Of a stretch of 64,000 bases of DNA, positions 57,738 through 64,000 are shown piece after piece. Position 1 is the first letter of the stretch, and every line of letters begins with the position of its first letter. A model generated the notes under the pieces. That model saw only the letters and a program-made list of their open reading frames with translations, ran no database searches and was not told where the DNA came from. Location: assembly GCA_963825845.1 (NCBI GenBank), contig CAWGVL010000047.1, forward strand, positions 40,416 through 104,415. Reading direction: 5' to 3'. The translations under genes were made by a program, and so were the position numbers. Origin of the DNA: Bryobacteraceae bacterium (lineage in GTDB: Bacteria; Acidobacteriota; Terriglobia; Bryobacterales; Bryobacteraceae).

Positions 57738-59378
57738 GTGCTGACGCAACTTCTGGATGTATTTAGCTTCATCTCGGTGCTCCTACGCGGTGCAGCATCG
57801 CGTTCCAGTCGCTGATCCTCGGCGGAGTCGTATTTAGTTTCTGGGTTCTCAAGCCACTGAGTGAACTCCTCGATTCGCCGGCTGACGACGTCGTGGGATC
57901 GAGTAGACGCCTGATCACGTGGTCCGCCTTGGCGCTCGCTTTGGTGCAGATTGGTTACGTCACGGCGGATTCGGTGTTGCTCACGGGAACGACTGGTCTC
58001 GGGTGGCGTGATCTTGCAGGCGCTGGTTTCTTTGTTTCTGGAGGCACTAGCGCAGTCGCGGCGCTGATCACCGCAGAAATCGTAAGACGCCGAGGCTCGA
58101 CGCCACCACCAGCGCTGATGGCTGCGTCAATGATCATCCTAAGCACGCTTGTGGCGACGAGCCATGCAGCCGGACGAATGGAAGGGCGCACGGCCCTCTT
58201 GGCGTTGAGTGCCATCCACATGCTGGCAGTCGGGTGTTCGATCGGCGGATTACCTTACTTCTGCTCACACTGAAACGAGCGCCGAATCTCGTGATCCGCC
58301 GCTGGGTCTGTCACCGATTTTCGAAGCTGGCAACGCTGAGCGTCGTGGTACTCGCCGCTGCGGGATGGCTGCTGTCATGCGTGTATGTAGGTTCTCGCGA
58401 AGCAGTTTACGGCACTGCCTATGGAGCGATGGTCGTGTCTAAAGTGATACTCTTTGCAGTTCTGCTGCTTCTCGGAGGGCTAAATTTTTTGATCGTCCGC
58501 CGAATCTCCACCGCGGATGACGAAGTCATCACCAAGCTGCGGCGGTTCGCCGAAGCGGAAATTGGCATTGGGTTTACGGTCATTTTCGCTGCAGCTTCGC
58601 TGACTTCGCAGCCGCCCGCGGTAGATCTCAGCGCGGACCGTGTTGCACTATCCGAGATTGTGCAGAGGTTTACGCCACAATGGCCTACCTTCAGCACGCC
58701 GCCAGTCGAATCTCTGTCACCAGCTACCCCCTTGTTTGTTGACACTGAAGAAAACACTTCCCATGCTCCGCAGTCGACGTGCCTGGGACTTTGTACCAAC
58801 CCAGCACGGCTAGTGATATAGCGTGGTCCGAATATAATCATCACTGGTCCGGGGCTATCGTTCTCCTTGTGGGATTATTAGCGCTTGGGGCGCGAGTGCC
58901 CGCGCTTTCCTGGGCTCGTAACTGGCCCCTTGCCTTTTTAGCTCTCGCCGTATTCTTGTTCCTCCGCGCTGACCCCGAGAACTGGCCATTAGGTCCGCGA
59001 GGTTTTTGGGAGAGTTTCCTGGTGGCAGAGGTGCTCCAGCATAGGTTATTTGTGGTCCTTATCGTCCTGTTCGGATTTTTCGAATGGGGGGTTACAACGG
59101 GACGGATCTCCTCTCCTCGGGCAGCACTTGTCTTTCCAGGAGTTTGTGCTGTCGGAGGCGCGCTGCTGCTGACTCACGCGCACCCGCTCGGGAATATCCG
59201 ACAAGAACTCTTATCAGAACTGAGTCATATACCTCTCGGAATCCTGGGCGTCGTTGCGGGGTGGTCACGATGGCTCGAGTGGCGTACTGCCGACAATTCG
59301 CGCGGAATTCTTTGCTACATATGGCCTGCTTGTTTTGTGCTGGTCGGAGTGATACTCCTTAACTACCGCGAGAGCTGA
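57738..59378 (+). pseudogene. copD: CopD-family copper resistance membrane protein with extra C-terminal membrane domain; at least 3 frame breaks
   Basis: GTG 57738 lies 5 nt after the copC stop. Colinear hydrophobic pieces occur in frames 0/2/1/0: LTQLLDVFSFISVLLRG; ORF 57893-58273; ORF 58234-58821 (VSKVILFAVLLLLGGLNFLIVRR); ORF 58779-59378 (HHWSGAIVLLVG...LLLTHAHP). Confidence 0.7.
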
Positions 59379-59615
59379 ACAACAGCGTCTTGAAAGACGA
59401 CCGTCTGGTGAGATTTCACCATATGGCATCCAAGCTGCTGCAGACTCATCACGGTCGAGAGAGTGCGCCGGGATTCAGGGTGTAATCTCCCTGGCCATAA
59501 ACAACGCTCAGGACGACTCAACCCGTAAATGACAGGGTGAGGGGCGCACATACAAAAATTTGCAGCCAATTGGCTGTGGCGGTTAATCATGCCTGTGTCG
59601 ATTCCCGGCTGACTA

Positions 59616-62129
59616 ATGGCAGTGTGTAATCACCTCATTACGGAAAGGCGCATTTGCAAGATTCTCTTCGGTCTGTTGGCACTGTTGGTTATCCCCGGAA
59701 CGGCGCAGGACAAGGCTCCGGCCGGGGTGGCGACTGCAGCGCCTCAATCGATTTCCCTCACGCAAGTCGCGCAGCGCAGCGAGGAACTGACGCGTACCTT
59801 GCGAGAAATCTCACGACGCTTACCCACGGATTCTGACCTGGCGGCCTTCGAAACAAACTTCCGAGAGCAGGAGAACCTTGTTCGTGCCAGGCTTGCAGAC
59901 TCAGAGATTGCTGTCACGACTGGCGCCACGCTGTTGGATATTCGCGGGTTGTTGCGAGATTGGCGAACCTACTCCGCTGTGAATCAGAACAGCGAAAGAC
60001 CCTGGGCAAGTGGGGTACGACGTGCGAGCACAACCTAACGCTTCTGAATAACGAGCGGCAGGTGTGGGAAGCCACACTTCAAACTCTAATGAGCGTTCCG
60101 GAGCTCAGTTCTTTGGAGGGGCGCGCGCGGTCAACAATAGCGGACATTCAGGCTGTAAGTGGCGTTGCAGAACAACGCTTGCGAACTGTGTTAGATCTCC
60201 AAGCCCGCGTGTCCAAACAGGCCCTCCTCGTGGCCGATATTGTCGAGAAGCTCGAGGCAGTAAGGCAGGGTTTCCAGGCGAGATGTTCTATCCGGACGCG
60301 CCGCCAATTTGGCGAGCGCTGCCGGAGCGCGGGAACGAGACGATAGCCACTGTCCTAAGCCGGTCAATAGCGCGTTTCTACTCCGATTCTGTAGCTTCGC
60401 AAAGGTTCACAAAGGCGGCCTCTTCCGAGGTGTTCTTTTTATCGTGTTCGCGGTTGCAATCAGCCGCCGTCTCCGCCGCGTGATCCTGAATATCGGATCG
60501 CAGGATGAAACGTTGCGCGGGCGGCGCTCATATTGAAGCGACCTGTTTCGCTCGCAGTGCTAATAGCGGCGAATTTGATCACGTTGTCATCGCCGAACGC
60601 ACGCACGATGTTGTTTCTTCTGATCAGTATTTTTCTTCTTCCTATCACCCGCTTGCTTCCGCTCTACACCCCAGCAGCGCGGCTAGTGTATTTTATGGCT
60701 GGTTTTTACGGACTTAATATATGTGTGGGTACTTTGGATGCTGACCCCGTTATACGACGGTGGTTGATTGCCCTCATCTTTGCGACCGCCGCTTGTATTC
60801 TTGGCTGGTGGGGCAGACCTGAACGGCTGCATCAAGCGGATCGACGCGAGGGAAGCCTGCAAGAAGATGGTATTCCTTTTGTTCGTTGGAGTTTTACTGG
60901 TGATACCTATTCTCGTCGCCAACGTGCTTGGATTCCTCCTGTTGAGCTATCTGCTCCGACTGACCCTCCTGCTCTGTTCCTGCTTTGGCCTCCTTCTATA
61001 TACCTCCGTTCGCACAATGAGAACGCTGTTCGCGGCCATGCTCCGGCTCCCCCGGCTACGTTCTCTCGCCTCCGTCCGACTGCACGAACACGCGTTAGTG
61101 CGCTGGGCTGAACTGGTCATGAAGGGCAGTGCAGTTTTTTGCTGGCTCTATATCACGCTTACGATGCTCGAGTTGCAGGAGCCCGCTCGCGAGACCTTGG
61201 CAGCAATCCTCAATGCAAGGCTCGGAATCAGAGCATTCAATTTCTCGCTCGGCGACGTCCTTGCCTTCCTGAGCGTTCTAGTTTTTGGATACCTGATCGC
61301 GAGTGGGTGCCGATTCATCCTTCGAGAAGAGATCCTCCGGCATTGGCGGTTAGCGCGTGGCGTCCCGGAAACGATTGCGACTTCTTTGCACTACACGCTG
61401 CTTCTACTCGTATTTCTGATGTCGCTGAGTGCGGGCGGAATCGAGCTTGGCAAGCTTACGCTGTTAACGGGAGCGTTGGGAGTTGGGCTCGGGTTTGGGC
61501 TGCAGAACATTGTGAACAACTTTGTGTCCGGATTGATACTGCAATTCGAACGGCCGATCCGCGTCGGCGACGTTCTGGAGGTCGGAACCCTGAGCGGGGA
61601 AGTTCGCCGCATCGGAATCCGTGCAAGTACAATGCGAACCTTTCAAGGCGCTGAAGTGATCATTCCGAATTCAACATTCATTTCCGGCCAGGTCGTGAAC
61701 TGGACATTGAGTGAGCCCGTACGGCGAGTAGAGGTGCCTGTTCCCGTCGCTTACGGCACCGATCCGGAGCGTGTTATCAAGATGCTTCTTGAAATAGCCG
61801 TCAGTCACTCCGAGGTGTTGCGGCGACCAGAGCCCGTTGCAGTGTTTAAGGGTTTCGGAGAAAGCTCCCTCGACTTTCTGCTGATGTTCTGGGCGGATCA
61901 GGACACTCACTTCCGGCTACGTAGCGACATTTCGATCAGGATCAACGTCGCGCTGCGGGAAGAAGGGATTGAAATACCCTTCCCACAAAGGGAAGATATC
62001 GAGTACACTCATCGGACGGCATACCCAAATTTACACAGCCGGCCTCTCTCGCAGCTAGGTCGGAAAGTCGTGGTCAGTAGGGTTTCTGAATACTCCAGGC
62101 TGATGCCGTCAGCCGATGTATTAGTTTAG
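59616..62129 (+). pseudogene. mechanosensitive ion channel, MscS family with long N-terminal periplasmic/coiled-coil and multi-TM extension (MscK-like); at least 5 frame breaks
   Basis: The conserved MscS core is in ORF 60768-62129: GALGVGLGFGLQNIVNNFVSGLILQFERPIRVGDVLEV.TLSGEVRRIGIRASTMRTFQGAEVIIPNS. Upstream pieces lie in ORFs 59616-, 59960-, 60064-, 60309- and 60533-, in alternating frames. Confidence 0.75.
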
Positions 62130-62248
62130 ATTACGATCTTCTGGTTTCATCGGAACTCCAAAAAAAGTAGATCTGCGGTCTCGTGAAAACAATCCCCAAG
62201 GTCGAGCCGGAAGGGCTTCATTAGGTTGACCGAAGAGAGGTTTTCAAG

Positions 62249-62815
62249 ATGAGGATTAATCGCCTGATTCTGTCGCTATTGGCGGTGGGCGTATGCTGCC
62301 TTGGCCAGGATGTGCGTTACAACTTTGCCGCTGGCCAAGATTTCTCAAAATACCACACGTACAAATGGGTGCAGATCAGCGGCACGGAGAAGGTGAACCA
62401 ACTTGCAGAACAGCAACTGCAGGCGGCCGTGGACGCAGAGATGACCAAGAAAGGGCTAAAGCGAACGGATGGCGACAATGCTGACCTGCTTATTGGATAT
62501 CAAGCGGCAATAGGACAGGAGAAGGAGTATACGTCTTTTAACAGCGGTTGGGGTACTGGCCCAGGTTGGTACGGCGGCGGATGGTACGGAGCATACGGCG
62601 GAATGGGTGGCACGACCAGCGGGCAGACTTCTACCATCTACGTGGGACAGATTGGTCTCGACATGTATGATCCGGCCCAGAAACAACTCGTTTGGCGCGG
62701 GAATGCATCGAAGACGCTGGACACCAAAGCTAAGCCCGACAAGCAGAAGAAAAATCTCGAGAAAGCTATGGCGAAGCTGCTGAAGAACTTCCCACCGCCG
62801 CCCAAGAAGAGCTAG
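62249..62815 (+). CDS. DUF4136-like lipoprotein with Gly/Trp/Tyr-rich insert
   Basis: MRINRLILSLLAVGVCCLGQ, then DVRYNFAAGQDFSKYHTYKWV...DLLIGY...GLDMYDPAQKQLVWRG. Insert: GWGTGPGWYGGGWYGAYGGMGG. The family name is from memory. Confidence 0.6.
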   Translation: MRINRLILSLLAVGVCCLGQDVRYNFAAGQDFSKYHTYKWVQISGTEKVNQLAEQQLQAAVDAEMTKKGLKRTDGDNADLLIGYQAAIGQEKEYTSFNSGWGTGPGWYGGGWYGAYGGMGGTTSGQTSTIYVGQIGLDMYDPAQKQLVWRGNASKTLDTKAKPDKQKKNLEKAMAKLLKNFPPPPKKS

Positions 62816-63749
62816 ACAGGCCGCTGAATCCCGATCGGTGCTCAGTATCAGCGGCAAATTTCGTGCCCGGCCGGCCTGCGCGCCGGGCCACGCTGATGCC
62901 CATGATTGCATTGTTAGCCGACACTATTCCATTCTCGCGATGCTTCCAGGAATGTAGCTCCCTGATTTCGTTGCCGTTCTACTGCAGATGAGATGCTTTT
63001 TCCATCGCGCTAAGGCATGGCCGCGACAATGTGCGTGTTTATCAGCAATGCCGCGTTTGGCTTTCGCACACCGCTCGTAGGTGTACCTTCATCCCTTGGT
63101 TGCGCGATCATGCATTAGCGTTGCGTGCAAAAGTTTAGACCTTCCTTCCGGCGCCTTCATCAATCGATCGTCAATCCGTCGCCAGCGTGCTCGCAGTCTC
63201 GGGAAATGTTTTAAGGGCTGTGGGTGGCGGCCAAGCGTCAAGTGCGCGTTGCACGGTGACCTAAGGTCGATGGAGAATATCGCAATGAAAAAGGCTTTAC
63301 ATCGCCTTGGGCTCGGACTAAGAGTCTTGGCTGTCGCCTTCCGCGCGCGAAACTCCTGCGCCGACGCCTGTCCGGACTATGAAGAGTTGGTGCAACGGCG
63401 AGTTTTGATCGCTGGTATTGGGGCAGTCGACAACGGGGTCGATGTGCAGCATCACTTCCGGTGAACGTCTGCGATCCCGAAAACGCTCGAAAAGCGTGGG
63501 CAGTCTATGAGAGACATTTGTGAGGAGGCGAAGTTGCGTCGCGCCGAAGGTCTGGTTTGCACCATTTGGCGGAAACACTCCGACGCCGACGAAGGGATAT
63601 CGAAGGGCGTCTACGATTGAGTAGCCCGTCCTGGGAGTCCCAAACAAGAAAATCAGTAACCATCAAAGAATCAGAGCGGGCGGGGATTGTCCCTGCGGGC
63701 CGATTCCGCGGAGGTTGGAAACACGCGAAGAAACGGGGAGTGTCGTGTA

Positions 63750-64000
63750 ATGACAACTCGCAAATGGCTGCCGGTGACGTTACCCTTTTCCATCGGTTTG
63801 ATGGCAAGCGCTGTCTACTCCTCTTTCGCAATCTCCTCAGAATCCTGGGGACAAGTGCTAGGGAGTCTTTACTACATCCCGATCGTGATAGCCGCGATAG
63901 TTCCAGGAGTTCCGTCAGCGTTCACCGTGGCGCTCGCGGCAGGTATAGTTCACACTGTAGCCGCCACATTAGGTCACGGAGATCATTGGATCGGACCGAT
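63750..64000 (+). CDS. membrane protein, 3'-partial (runs off window); possibly the sensor domain of a signalling protein
   Basis: ATG 63750 lies 9 nt after GGGGAG. MTTRKWLPVTLPFSIGLMASAVYSSFAI...LYYIPIVIAAIVPGVPSAFTVALAAGIVHTVAATLGHGDHWIGP. There is no stop before the window end. Confidence 0.4.
   Translation, partial: MTTRKWLPVTLPFSIGLMASAVYSSFAISSESWGQVLGSLYYIPIVIAAIVPGVPSAFTVALAAGIVHTVAATLGHGDHWIGP

Noticed and set aside
63081-63831. ORFs 63081-63464 (plus strand), 63318-63647 and 63505-63831 (minus strand) as genes.
   Set aside because: They are mutually overlapping on opposite strands, with Arg/Ser/Pro-rich translations and no motifs or translation signals. They cannot all be real, and none is individually supported.

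Overview
GC-rich 64-kb chromosomal segment. Gene content looks Acidobacteriota-like: several ECF sigma modules, a carboxypeptidase-regulatory-like receptor remnant, DUF4136/DUF4097-type envelope proteins and an RRM protein. That taxonomy is inference only. I can support about 55 protein-coding loci, one tRNA-Ser(CGA), one hexanucleotide microsatellite, one clear intrinsic terminator and two promoter candidates.

Left to right:
- infC (partial), a convergent HNH endonuclease gene, and comF
- a PhoPQ-related secreted protein and small envelope proteins
- rpoD and nrdR
- a five-gene ECF sigma / anti-sigma / membrane-protein operon
- a PAS-GAF-GGDEF-EAL protein
- lpxA translationally fused to a TolC-RND-MFP efflux operon, with lpxD divergent
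- a radical-SAM gene plus a DUF4130/UdgX-like uracil-DNA-glycosylase fusion
- cysD-cysN
- an M28 peptidase
- a PIN/TRAM-ispD-ispF-CWC-P450 string
- an RRM protein
- tRNA-Ser, followed by integrase, DUF45 and receptor remnants
- a six-gene sdaA-MFS-pta-ackA-pflB-pflA operon (serine to acetate + formate) whose distal four genes are shredded
- a divergent pair of unknown secreted proteins
- a second ECF sigma
- a REC-PAS kinase plus a response regulator
- copC-copD
- an MscS-family channel
- a DUF4136 lipoprotein

Main caveat: by manual count there are at least ~40 frame disruptions. They are strongly clustered and include essential infC. Part is probably sequencing error and part genuine decay; the two cannot be separated without reads.

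I found no CRISPR array, rRNA, intact mobile element or recognisable complete defence system.

Best candidates for follow-up:
- the radical-SAM + DUF4130/UdgX-like DNA-damage module (24110-26697)
- the half-intact, half-shredded serine-fermentation operon, with an apparently Tat/lipobox-tagged serine dehydratase (38452-46601)
- the tightly coupled ECF envelope-stress operon (9603-13274)
- the divergent pair of repeat-rich secreted proteins (46839-50055)
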